A DNA stretch of 63,330 nucleotides, counting the filler, from Hyphochytrium catenoides (lineage: Eukaryota; Protista; Hyphochytriomycota): assembly GCA_900088475.1 (NCBI GenBank). It is 18 parts of 18 records of this genome, joined end to end, with 100 filler letters (N's around TTAATTAATTAA, not from the genome) between each part and the next. Parts side by side here need not be neighbours in the genome. Positions count along the whole stretch, not along the records: positions 51,266 to 55,206 come from FLMG01004356.1; positions 55,307 to 59,403 come from FLMG01004435.1; positions 59,504 to 61,993 come from FLMG01000752.1; positions 62,094 to 63,330 come from FLMG01003342.1; 14 more parts are not named here. One strand, written 5' to 3'. How positions within the stretch are numbered: the stretch's first letter is position 1; each line of letters begins with the position of its first letter. Below are positions 51,627 to 63,282 of this stretch, in pieces. The notes below the pieces were generated by a model. It saw only the letters and a program-made list of their open reading frames with translations. It did not search any database and was not told the origin of the DNA. A program made the position numbers and the translations under genes.

Positions 51627-51964
51627 CTTTGAGCAGTTCTGTCTCCAATATCTCTTGTGCGGAGGGTCTCTCTTCTGGCTTCTTTTTCAGCATCCAGAGG
51701 ACCATCTCTCTGAGCTCCTCACTATAGAAAGAGGGCAGTGGAGGCGGCTAAGAGCCGAGAGAGAGAGATAGTCCAGCGAGAAGAAAAAGAAAGAGAGGGA
51801 GATGTGATGAGGATAGGAAGGCATCGGGGCCCCTCATACCACTGGTCGCCTTTCTCTCCTCTTTGTTCCCTTCGCCTCTGTCTTCTTCCTTCGTGCTCCC
51901 TCGCTCCCGCTATTTGTCTGAAGTCTGTCTGTCTGTCTGTCTGACCCGCCCTCTCTCCTTTTCC

Positions 51965-51999
<35 letters not shown>

Positions 52000-52213
52000 T
52001 CTATTTCCTTTCTTCTTTCCCTCACCTCCTCTTTGACAATCATGTACACCAGTCTTAACAGGTTGTCTGCCTCGAAGGCTCGCCTGAGGGTTAGCAGTTC
52101 ATAGAGCACGCAGCCCAGCGCCCAGATGTCAGAGCTGAAGGAGTAAGGACGGCTCTCACACACCTCAGGACCTGCGGATAGAGAGTCAGAGAAAGAAAGA
52201 GAGAGAGAGAGAC

Positions 52214-52260
<47 letters not shown>

Positions 52261-53256
52261 CGAAAGAGAGAGAAGATGATCCCTCAGCCCTCAACTTAGA
52301 TAAACTGAAAGTAAGAAGAAAAGACAAAGGGGAGATAAAGTTCGTACCCCGGATTAGAGCACACCACTCTCTCTCCCTCTCTCTCTCTCTCTCTCTCCAC
52401 TTTCCTCTCTTTCTCCCACACTCTTTGTCACTTTCTCCCTTTCTCCCCCTTACTCTCTCTTTCCCCATTATCTTCCACGGCTTACTTAGGTAGTGGGGAG
52501 TGCCGACGACAGTCCTCGCCTGGTCGATGGTAGACTTCAGCACACGAGCAATCCCAAAGTCGCCAATCTTGACTGTCTCTTCTACTTCATCGTCTTTCTC
52601 TCTTCTCTCTCTCTCTTCTTCTCTCTCGTCATCCGTGTCTCTCTCTCTCTCTCCTGCTCGAGACAGGAAGATGTTGCTGCATTTAAGGTCGCGGTGTAGC
52701 ACCCGCCGCTTGTGGAGATAATGTAGTCCCTCAGCTATTTGTCGGAGCCATGAGAGTATTACCTACTTGAGGAGAGAGAAAGAGAGAGAAGGAGAGAAAG
52801 CGAAAGAGAGAGAGGGAGGGACAAGAGATTGAGAAGAGAAGATTGAGCGCGCGCGAGAGAGAGAGGGGATGAGGGAGGAAAGAGACAGAGCGGTATGGCT
52901 AAGATGAGAACAAGAGGAAGAAGAAGAAGAACAGAGGGGAGACCTAGAGACACAGAGACAGGGAAAGAAAGAGAGAGAGAGAGAGAGAGATTGAGAGAGA
53001 GAGGGTGACACCTTCTCCTTAAACGGCTGATTGCTCTCTCTCCTCTCTTTGACTCTTGCCGCCAGATCTCCTCCCTGGCAGTATTCCATGACCAAGTGCA
53101 GCACGTTGTCCTTGACATATTCCTCTCGGTACCGCACAATGTGCGGATGCTTCAAGGAGGAGAGAAGCTGAACCTACAGAAGTGCGGTTGTGTGGAGAGT
53201 TTGGGAAGGAGAGACAGAGAAAAAGAGAGAGAGAAAAAGGAGAGTGAGATTACCGA

Positions 53257-53294
<38 letters not shown>

Positions 53295-53501
53295 AGAAGA
53301 GAGAGGAGAAGAGACGCCGAGGCCAAATAAGCAGGATGGAAAGCTTGCCTCTTGTTCTGTTTGCCACTTTTCCTTGGAAGAGAGAAACTCCATGGAAATG
53401 TATTTGATTACGAAGAGAGAAGAAGACTCTTTCTCTCTCACCAGCCAGGCGCTGCCATAGTGGCCGCGCCCAATGCAACGGATTCTTTCGTACCGAATCA
53501 T
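51627..53501 (-). CDS. NIMA-related (NEK) Ser/Thr kinase domain; exons 53501-53349, 53173-53012, 52762-52486, 52171-52026, 51747-51627; continues past contig end
   Basis: [22 protein letters not shown]|[83 protein letters not shown]. Confidence 0.93.
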
Positions 53502-53560
53502 AGGAGAGAGGAGGGAGGCAATAAGAAGAGAGAGAGAGAGGAAAGCGAGAGAGAGAGAGA

Positions 53561-53594
<34 letters not shown>

Positions 53595-54256
53595 ACTAAG
53601 GATGAGAGAGAGAGAGAACTAAGGATGACGAAGCGGGGTTATGGAGACTGCTCTTTGCTTTGGTGTAGCCAGCCCGTCGCCGTCCTGACAAACAGTAACA
53701 GACGCTCTCTTGGAGAAGACTCCATTTATTCTCTTTCTCTCTCTTTCTCTCTCCCTCTCTCTTTTCGCTGCTGGTAGAATCTTCAAGACAGAGGGCCGGA
53801 CAACACCATGGGGCCAGAGATAGAGAGAGAATGAAGGGCAATGTCAAACTAAGTTTGGAGAGGAGAAGCAGATTGAAAGATCAACATAAGAGAACGAGAG
53901 AGAGAGAGAGAGACGGGTAGATCCTCAAAAAACAGAAGAGACACAGCTTCCCCTCTTTGGGTGAGGAAAAGTTTGCAAAGTGAGTCTCAGTGAAGAAGAG
54001 AGAATGTCAGAGGAGAAGGGCCGGACAGAGAAGATTGCATGGCTTTGAGTAAAGAAGGAGATGGATATAACCGAGAGAGAGGGGCGAAGTGAGAGAGAAC
54101 AGCAGACCGGAAAGCAAAAGAGCCAGGAGAGAGAAGAGCCGGGAAGAAGCGAGCGCTAAAAGCCACAAGATAGGAGAAAGAGAGGGAGGGAAGGGGGAAG
54201 AGAGGCGAGGCAAAGAGAGAGAAAGAGCAATAAGACAGAGAAAGAGGGAAAGAAGA

Positions 54257-54309
<53 letters not shown>

Positions 54310-55843
54310 GAAGAGAGGGAGGAGAGAGAGAGACAAGGAACGAAACGCCCGTGTCGGTTGGAGGTTTGGCACAGAGGATTCTGACCCACACCAAACTGAC
54401 AATTCAAGCTTTCGAAGCCGTAATATACGAGATAGGAAGGGAAGAAGAATCGTCCCTCTCTCTCTTGCTCTCTCTTCCTTTCCTCTCCCTTTCTCTATCT
54501 CTCTTTTCTCTTTCTCTCTCTTTCTCTTTCTCTCCCTCTCTTTCCTTCTCTCTCTCTCTCTCTCTGTGTGCTTCTCTCTCATCACTCTCTCTCCCTCTTT
54601 CTCTTATCCTCTCTTTCTCACTTTCTCTCTTTTTCTCTCTCTCTCCCGTGTCGCTCTCTTCTTCTTGGGTGCGACCACCCGAGACATGCAGTAGAAAGAG
54701 TCCGAAAGATGACAGGAGAGACAAAGAGAGAGAAGTCATCATCTTGAGTCCTTACCTTCTCTCTTTCCTTTGCGCTCTGCTGTCAGATCTCAATTCCATC
54801 CACATTTTCTCTCTCTCTCTCTCTCTCTTTCTCTTTCTCTTCCCTGTCTCTCTTCAAGATCGCCGTCACCTTCTTCCTTCGCCTTGTCGCCTTTCCATTC
54901 TCTGGCGCACAAGACAGAGAGGGAGAGAGAAAGGGAAGTGGAAGAGAAGGCGGAGAAAGAGGAAAGAAGAAACAACGCGAGGAGGTGTGCGGAGAGAGAA
55001 AGATAAGGAGAGATGATGAACGTTTACGGAGGAGGAGAAGAGAGAGATTGGGAGGACGATGAAGAAGGGCATAGGAAGACAGAGAGAGAGACACGGAGCG
55101 AGGAGAAGGGCTTACTTCTCCCTCTCTCTCGGCAGAGGAGAGAAGGGAGAGCACAGGGAGAGAGAGAGAAGAAAGAGTCGGGTGCCGCTCTCTCTTTCTG
55201 CGAGTTNNNNNNNNNNNNNNNNNNNNNNNNNNNNNNNNNNNNNNNNNNNNTTAATTAATTAANNNNNNNNNNNNNNNNNNNNNNNNNNNNNNNNNNNNNN
55301 NNNNNNAGAGAGAGAGAGAAAGAAAGAAAAGAGAGCGAAAGGAGAGCACAAAAAGAGAGCAAAGAAGAGAGAACAAGAGGGAGAAAAGAGAGCACAAAGA
55401 GAGAGAAACGAAGAGAGAAACGAAGAGAGAAAAGAGAGAGAAAAGAGAGAGATAGGAGAGAGAGAGGGGAGAGAGAGGGGAGAGAAAGGAGAGAGTTATG
55501 GGGAGAGAATGGAGAGAGAAAGGAGGGACGGAAAGTCAGACCAGATGCCTGAAAAGAAGAGGCGAGAGTCGGAGGAATGGCGAAGCCTGCCTTAAAGGAG
55601 AGGGGGGAGAAGAGAGTACCGAGAGGGAGAAGAGGACAGATGAGAAGAAGAGATAAAGAAAAAGACGGATTGGATATGAAAGACGAGATGAAGAAAATGG
55701 GCGGAGTGAGAGAGAAGAAGAGAGAAGGGCAGAAAATGAGCGAGAAAAGAAAAGAGAGAGAGAGAGGAAGAGAGAGAGAAAAGAGAGAGAGAAAAGAGAG
55801 AGAGAGAGAAGAGAGAAAAAAGAGAGAGAGAGAGTGTGTGTAC

Positions 55844-56450
55844 CTTAACATTTTTCATAGTGAGAAGGTCTGGGTCATTGTTCAAGAACCAAGCGACATA
55901 GTCGGCAAACCCGCGAGAGGCGAAGGAGAAATGGAAAGCTGAGACCCAAAAGGGCTCCGTAGTTGCCCAGCTGAGGCGCAGAGTGGGGGAAGAGAGAGAG
56001 AGAGAGAGACACACAGAGAGAGAGTGAGTCACACAGAAGAGTGAGAGAAAGTCATATGGGCCGTCAGGGAGAAATAGAGAGAGAGAGAGAGAGCCATAGA
56101 AAGAGGCGGACAGAGTGAAGAGAAGTCCTCCTTGGCAATAGGAAAGAAGGAAGGGCGAGGGCAAACAGGAAAATGAGAGAGAGAAGAGAAAACCTGCTAT
56201 AGGCAACGATAGAAACTCGGCCTATCTCGCTCTCTCTCTCTCTCTCTCTACTTCTATTTTGTCCCCTGTCTCTCTCACCCGAGCAGATAGCAGGTCCAGA
56301 CGATGAGCCAGTAGAAGAGATAAGCTAAGACATTGATTGCGCCAAGCCCGAGGACGCGCTGCCGAGTTTGCAGAGTCGCTTGAATGCCCTTGCGTAAGCT
56401 TTGAAGAGAGAGACAGGCACAGAGAGAGAGAGAGAAAAAGAGAGAGAGAG

Positions 56451-56497
<47 letters not shown>

Positions 56498-57495
56498 AAG
56501 AAAGGCGAGAAAGAAGAAAAAAATAGGAGAACGTCAAAGAAAAGAGGCCGTTTCTTCCGCTCTATCGCGCGTTCTTTCTCTTTTGCCTCTCTTCTTTATC
56601 CCTTTTTCTACTTCTCTCTCCCCCTCTCTCTCTCTCGTTCTTCTCTCCTCTCTCTTCGCTCCCTCCGCTTCTCTCTCGCCTCTCTCTCCACTTCTCTCTC
56701 TTGTTCTTCTCTACTCTCTCTTCCCCTCCTCCGCCTCTCTCATTCTCTCTCTCTCTCTCTCTCTCTCCTCTCTCTCTCAATTTCTCTCTCTTTCAATCTC
56801 TCTCTCCCTCTCTCTCACACACACACTCACCGTTTCCATCCCACATAGAGCACGCCCAAGGAAGTACAGTTGTACAAAATTAGCCAGCCATAAAACAGCA
56901 GCCAATTTGAGGGCTGAAGGTCCGTGTCTCTCTCTTGTGTCGCGTTCCTGAGCCAGCAGAATTGCCCTACAAAATAGCCGTAGAAAGAGGAAGAAGAGCC
57001 GAGGATGATGCTGCAGACCAAGCCAGAGAGAAGAGAGTAGAAAATGTACTTGCGACGGTTGCGCTTGACAGAAGAGAAAGGGTTGGAGAACTGGAGAGGG
57101 AGAGCGAGGGAGAGAGCGGGCATAAGCAGGGGGGAAGGAGAGAGAGGGAGAGAAAAAAGAGAGGAGGCAGAGAGAGGGAAGAGAGAGGGAAGAGGGGGAG
57201 AGAGAGAGAGAAAAGAGAGAGAGCGAGAGAGAAAGAGAGAGAGAGAGAGACAGAGAGAGAGGGAGAGAGAGAGAGAGACGTCAGGATGGGGGAAGAGAAC
57301 GGAAGGAAGAGGTGAGGTGAGAAGGAGAGAAATAAGAGGGAGAGGGGAAGCGGGGAGAAGAGAGTTATAGAACAACAGAGGAGAGAAAGAGAGTAAGAGA
57401 AGTAAGTGAAAGGGAGGGAGAAGCGGAGAAGCCCGCGGAGCGAGGGTTGGAGGTAAAGGGCAGAACCAGAGATAACATATAAAGAGGCAGGGAAG

Positions 57496-57531
<36 letters not shown>

Positions 57532-58668
57532 GAAAGCGGGGAAAGAGGATGTGCGACATAGAGCTGCACGAGAATGTAGAGAGGGAGAGAGAGAGGCGAC
57601 TGCATCGGAGTGCATTGCGGCTCATGACAGAGAGAGAGAGACAGAGACAGAGTAGGGGAAATACAGACAGCAAGAAAGGGACAGTGTGCAAATGAACTCA
57701 GAGAGAGAAGAAAGGAGAGAGAAAGTCTCCCTACCGATGTGTACAGATCGACCGCCATCATGAAGAGAAAACCCTCAGAGGAAATGATCAGAAACTCTGT
57801 CACCATCGACACCTGAAAGACATCACACAGATTGTTAGCGAGAACTGAGTTAAATATAGATATTTGAAGAGAGAGAGAATAATCTCCACCCTGAGCATCG
57901 GATCTCGTTCTAAACGGATGTGTGAGTGAGTGAGAGAGAGAGATAGGTAGGTAGGTAGAGAGAGAGAGAGAGCGAGAGAGAGAGTGAGAGAGAGAGAGAG
58001 AGTGAGAGTGAGAGTGAGAGAGAGAGAGAGGGAAGAAAGAAAGAAAGAGCTGGAGCAAGAGAGAAAACACAGAAAGAGGGGGAGAGAGATACAGAGAAGG
58101 AGCAATACAGAGATACACAGAGAGGAGAGAAAAGGAGAAATAGGAGGGCGATCGACAAGAGAAGGATAATGGAGAGAGACGAGGAAAGAAGATGGGGAGG
58201 ACGACGAGAGAAGGTTGTCCTTACATATTGGCAATCGCTTTCTTCCTTGATGGACGAAGCCCAAAAGAAGCTGAACATCAGCCGCAAAGAGATCAAGAAG
58301 TCCATCACGCTGGAGGAGAAGAATTGTCAGCGCTAGGCCAGGCACAAGGAAGAGAGAGGGGGATGCGAGAAAGAAAGAGTGACAAAGAGAGAGAGAGAGA
58401 AGGGAGAGAGGGAGGCAGAGAAGGAGAGAGAGAGAGGGAGAGAGGGGAGGGGGCGCGGAAACTAGAAGATAGCCCAAAAGATAGAGAGCGACCCAATTTT
58501 CTCTCTCTCTCCTCTCTCTCTTTTTCTTTCTTTCTCTCTCTCTCTCTCTCTCTCTCCCCTCTAAATACCTTCTATAGTAGATCAGGGGATTGGGATGCTT
58601 TCTATACGCGGGGATGAGGTGATAGGTCACGATGATGACGAGACAGCAGAGGAGAGAGAGAAAGCCAC
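55844..58668 (-). CDS. 7TM cAMP-receptor-like GPCR (resembles the receptor half of GPCR-PIPK proteins), partial; possible additional upstream exon ~59269-59046
   Basis: Spliced TM helices: GFLSLLCCLVIIVTY..KHPNPLIYYRSVMDFLISL, EFLIISSEGFLFMMAVDLYTSFSNPF, GQFCWL, WLLFYGWLILYN, RLRKGIQATLQTRQRVL...YLFYW, FASRGFADYVAWF. Confidence 0.8.
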
Positions 58669-58925
58669 CTGAATGGAGCAAGGAAGAAGAGAGAGAGAGT
58701 CAAGATGTTGAGAATGGGAAGGGAGAGAGACAGTGAGAGATAGACATTACCAAGGACAAAACAACGAAGGGAAGAGAAGGGTAACAGAGCGGGAGAGTCA
58801 CAGGACAGAAGAGAAAGCGAAAAAGACCTAAAGAAAGAGACATTCAAGACGACAGAGGCAGAAGAGAAAGGAGAGAGAGACACAGAAAGAGTGTGCGGTC
58901 AATGTCACGCAGCAAGCGGCCGATC

Positions 58926-58963
<38 letters not shown>

Positions 58964-59604
58964 ACCAGAGGAAAGAAAAGAAGAGAAGGAAATGAGAGGA
59001 AAGGAAAGAGAGAGCAAGAGCGATACCCCAGAAGAGTCCCCGTTCACCCTCTGGGCCAGGTCTTGGCGGTGCTCCCCCCGGGGTACGGGCGGTTGGCCCC
59101 CGGCCTGCCCCGAGAGCCTGCAGGACAATCGTCACGGCCAGGAGGACGAGGCCGAAGGCGCTCACCGCCACCGCCCTGGCCGAGCGGACGGTCGTGACGT
59201 TGCTAAAGATAAGAGAGAGAACATTCTTCTCCTGGGTTCCACCGTCATCATTGAGGTTGAGATCGACCTGCCGAGTCGGGAAGGACCCACAAAGAGAGAG
59301 AGAGAGATAAGAAGAGAGAGAGAGAGAGATAAGAAGAGAGAGAGAGAGAGAGATAAGAAGAGAGAGAGAGAGAGAGATAAGAAGAGAGAGAGAGAGAGAG
59401 AGANNNNNNNNNNNNNNNNNNNNNNNNNNNNNNNNNNNNNNNNNNNNTTAATTAATTAANNNNNNNNNNNNNNNNNNNNNNNNNNNNNNNNNNNNNNNNN
59501 NNNTCCTCTCTCGTAGCGGCCCAGAGACTAGAAAGTCGGGTCTGTAAGAGTCTCTCCACCCGTACACTTCTCTCTCTCCTCTCTCTCTCTCTCTCTGTCT
59601 CTCT

Positions 59605-59697
59605 CCCCTTCCATCTCCTTCTTCATCTCTCCTCTCTCTCTCTCTTCGGCCCTCCCTCAACTGCTTGTCTCGTCTTTTCCCTCACTCTATCTCTCCT

Positions 59698-59748
<51 letters not shown>

Positions 59749-59860
59749 CTCCCTCTCTCCCCTTCCATCTCCTTCTTCATCTCTCCTCTCTCTCTCTCTT
59801 CGGCCCTCCCTCAATTGCTTGTCTCGTCTTTTCTCTCACTCTATCTCTCTCCTAGTCTCT
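59605..59860. repeat. Local direct duplication (~90 bp units) within an intron
   Basis: ccttccatctccttcttcatctctcc...cggccctccctcaa(c/t)tgcttgtctcgtcttttc occurs at ~59608 and ~59761. Confidence 0.75.
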
Positions 59861-59877
59861 CTCTCTCTCTCTTTTAC

Positions 59878-60008
59878 CTCCTGTCCAGTGTGGTCAGTGC
59901 TCCCACTCCCACAGAGGCGAAGCTTCTCTCTTCCCCAGAAGGAGAAGAAGAAGAGGGAGAGGAATGTTGCTCCAGATAGTCCGCCTGATCTTGGATTTTA
60001 CGGAGCTG

Positions 60009-60075
<67 letters not shown>

Positions 60076-60715
60076 CGATGAAAGAGTGAGGCGTAGGTTG
60101 AAGTCAAGAAAGCGAGTGAAAAAGGTTGAATGGTAGAGAGAGACGAAGAACGAAACAACGTATGGTGAGAGGGAGAAGAGAAAGAAAGAAACAAAGAAAG
60201 AGACAGGGAGAGAACGAGAGAGAGAAGAGAGAGAGAGAGACACAGAAAATGGAGAGAAAAGGATACAGCAAAATGATGTCACAGAGAAGGGGAAGCAGTC
60301 AGACGATAAGCAGGGGCGCGCAAAAGAAGAAGCATGAGCGGAACGAGAGAGAGAGAGAGAATTGAAGAGGCAGAAAGAAGCTGAAGAGAAATAGAAAGAG
60401 AGAGGTGGAACGCATCTTCAGCGATTTTAGAGACAGACAATAAACGAGAAGGAGCAAAAAAGGGAGAAGGAGAGAGAACGTAAGAGAGAGAGAGAGGAAA
60501 ACGTAAGAGAGAAAGAGAGGGACAGAGAGAGAGGGACGGAGAGAGAGGGACGGAGAAAGAGAGAAGGAACAAGAGAGAGAGAGACTGTTATGCGGACCTG
60601 GCTCTCTAGGTCTCCGATGGTGAGTATCTTCCCATCCTCATAGAAAACATCAAGGAAAAAATTGCAGCTTCCCGCGTTCACAAGGATGTGGCGGACAGAC
60701 CGCCAGTCAGAGGCC

Positions 60716-60749
<34 letters not shown>

Positions 60750-61187
60750 AGAGAGCAAGGAGAGAGAAAGAGAGGGAACGAAGAAGGGGGGAGAGAGAGA
60801 GAAGGGGTGTGTGTGTGTCAGAAGGTAGGGGGTGGGGCCGAGAGAGAGAAAGAGGGAGAGAACATATGTTTGTGCGAGAGAGAGAGAAGACAGGAGAGAG
60901 AGAGGTTAAGACAAGCATCGGGCTAATGAAGGCAAAAGACAATCTCAAAGAGAGAGAAACAGACGAGAGAGAGAGAAAAGAGACATTACCGCACCAGATG
61001 TCACCGAGATATCTTTAGCAAAGAAGAGGAAAAAGAGAGAGGGACGGAGAGAGAGAGACAGAGAGAGAGACACAGAGAGAGAGAAAGAGAGAGAAAGGCG
61101 AGATGGACATGCATAGTGTCATCCATAAGAACATAGTGGAGAGAAGTAAACGAATCGTGCAGCCTAATCTACAATGAGCAGATCCAA

Positions 61188-61239
<52 letters not shown>

Positions 61240-61338
61240 CTTAAGATAGTCCTGCGGCTCTGCGGGGACTCTGCACTCAGAGAAGATTCTATTGACCATG
61301 TTCTTGCACATCGGCCGCCCGCCCATCGTCTCGGGAGG
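59878..61338 (-). CDS. Choline/carnitine O-acyltransferase (CPT/CrAT family) internal exons
   Basis: GRPMCKNMVNRIFSECRVPAEPQDYLK|...RHILVNAGSCNFFLDVFYEDGKILTIGDLESQ|LRKIQDQA...VGALTTLDR matches the family's cRiP..D / RHi.V / vG.LT...R motifs. Confidence 0.8.
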
Positions 61339-61454
61339 NNNNNNNNNNNNNNNNNNNNNNNNNNNNNNNNNNNNNNNNNNNNNNNNNNNNNNNNNNNNNN
61401 NNNNNNNNNNNNNNNNNNNNNNNNNNNNNNNNNNNNNNNNNNNNNNNNATAGAA

Positions 61455-61690
61455 AAGGACAGTTTATGCGGATTGAGGGGTGTCAGAGTAGGTGAAAGAG
61501 AAGAGGGGTGGGGGAGAGAGACCGGGAGAGAGGTGAGAGAGAGAAAGAGAGAGTAAAAAAGAGAGAGAGAGAGAGAAAGGAAGGGAGAGAGAGGATGATC
61601 GTGGAAGAAAAGAGAGAACAGTATATGCGGAGTGAGGGGTGTCAGAGTATGTGAAAGGGAAGAGGGAGGGGGAGAGAGACCGGGAGAGTG
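61455..61690. repeat. Diverged direct duplication (~75 bp conserved core, ~160 bp period)
   Basis: acagt(t/a)tatgcgga(t/g)tgaggggtgtcagagta(g/t)gtgaaa...gggggagagagaccgggagag occurs at ~61458 and ~61618. Confidence 0.7.
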
Positions 61691-61956
61691 GTATAAGAGA
61701 GAAAGGGAGAGAGAAGAAAAGAGAGAGAAGCTAAACGAAGCCACGTGTGAGACAAATCGCGAAGATGATAGCACAAACGGAAGAAAGAAAACAAGGCAGA
61801 GAAGACCACAGAGAGAGCGTGGGCATGGGTATCAGAAGGGAGGAGAAGAGAGAGGAAGAAAGAGAGAGAGAGACAGGAGGAGAGAACGAGCATGAAAGAT
61901 AGAATGGCGTATTTGGAGAGCGACGGACCTCCTAGTGTCTGGCTGAGAAGAGGGGA

Positions 61957-61993
<37 letters not shown>

Positions 61994-62093
61994 NNNNNNN
62001 NNNNNNNNNNNNNNNNNNNNNNNNNNNNNNNNNNNNNTTAATTAATTAANNNNNNNNNNNNNNNNNNNNNNNNNNNNNNNNNNNNNNNNNNNN

Positions 62094-63282
62094 TAAACAG
62101 GATTGCAAAGGACGGGGCCTGTCATTTCATCTGAGGTGCTGGACGAAGGTTCTAGCAACGACGACCCACAACCACAACCACTAGTGAATGAAGCGGAGGA
62201 TCCGTCCTTCGGTCATACTGCATCTGCCAAATGGCTGTTGAGCAGACTGGGACGAATGGGCGCAATCAAGACCTTCACAGTAGTTGATAAAGCCTTCTAC
62301 AAAAAGCACTACGCGAGGTTCTTCGTCCGGGGCGATGAAAGAAGTGCAAGAGGTTATATGAACTTTGAAGCCTTCGCCACGTTCTGGAATGGTTCTTTGC
62401 TACAATCATCCGGGCGCACAAGAAAGACTGCAAAGCACCTAGAAGCATATCATACCAAGTTCCTGGATACTGAGAACAGAAAGTCGACTCTTGCTCCGAG
62501 ATGGTTTTGCCACGGAAGCCTCGAACGGGAACTACGACATCCAGATGCAGGAGAGAGAGCAAAGCTTTCAAAGCAAAGGAGACAAGAACAACCACAAACG
62601 AACGCTGAATCCGATCTCAGGGAGGAGGTTCCTCCCCTTTGGAAAACCTCAAGAGGGACTCTGAAGCGTGGTCTTGAGTGCTCGAAGTCAGACTGGGAGA
62701 TACTCTTCACATCAAAGAAACATCAAGAAGAAGAAGATTTAGCCATCAGGAGTGGCTGCTCTTCTAGTGGTAAGCGCCAACAGATTTGCAGCGTCTGTGG
62801 ACACTTCAGGCTCAGCTTCAAGGATCACCACAAGAAAGGGCTGGGCTGCACAAACAAGTTTGTCCGTGAGGGGTGGTCCGCCACTGAACATTCTAAAGCC
62901 CGAACCAAGACCCGTGGCTACTACGACCCCTGTAGCTGCGTTGAGTGTCGAGCCTTTCTAGTTCGCATCGAGGGAGAAGGTAGGCATTCTTACCACAAGG
63001 CTTGTCATAGTAAGAGGGTATGTACAGCTACTGATAACATGGACCTGTTGATCCACTAATAGGCAAAGGCAAGGCTATTCCTCGCAAACGACCAAAGGTA
63101 GAAGGGAAGAAAGGGCGCCAGCATATTTCCCAACCCCAATTCATTGGCGAACAGCAGCTTCCAATAGCTGTGGACAGTCTTTGGGCTCGGAGTGATGGAA
63201 ACAGCCCGCTGCCTAGAAGGGGGCCTGTTCTACTGGTGAAGGACATCATGACGTTGAAGCCAGGCCAATGGTTGTCTGGAGA
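62094..63282 (+). CDS. Transposon-type gene: Cys/His zinc-binding region spliced to the start of a Ulp1/SENP (C48)-like protease domain; partial
   Basis: Long exon to 62979 with CSVCGH...HH...C and CSCVEC. GT-AG intron 62980-63062. Next exon reads ...LLVKDIMTLKPGQWLSGE, resembling the C48 D..TL....WL.D.V motif, then a GT donor. Confidence 0.55.

Noticed and set aside
59878-61338. PP2A B'' regulatory subunit (first impression from NRIFSEC)
   Set aside because: The downstream exons fit carnitine acyltransferase motifs and show no EF-hands.
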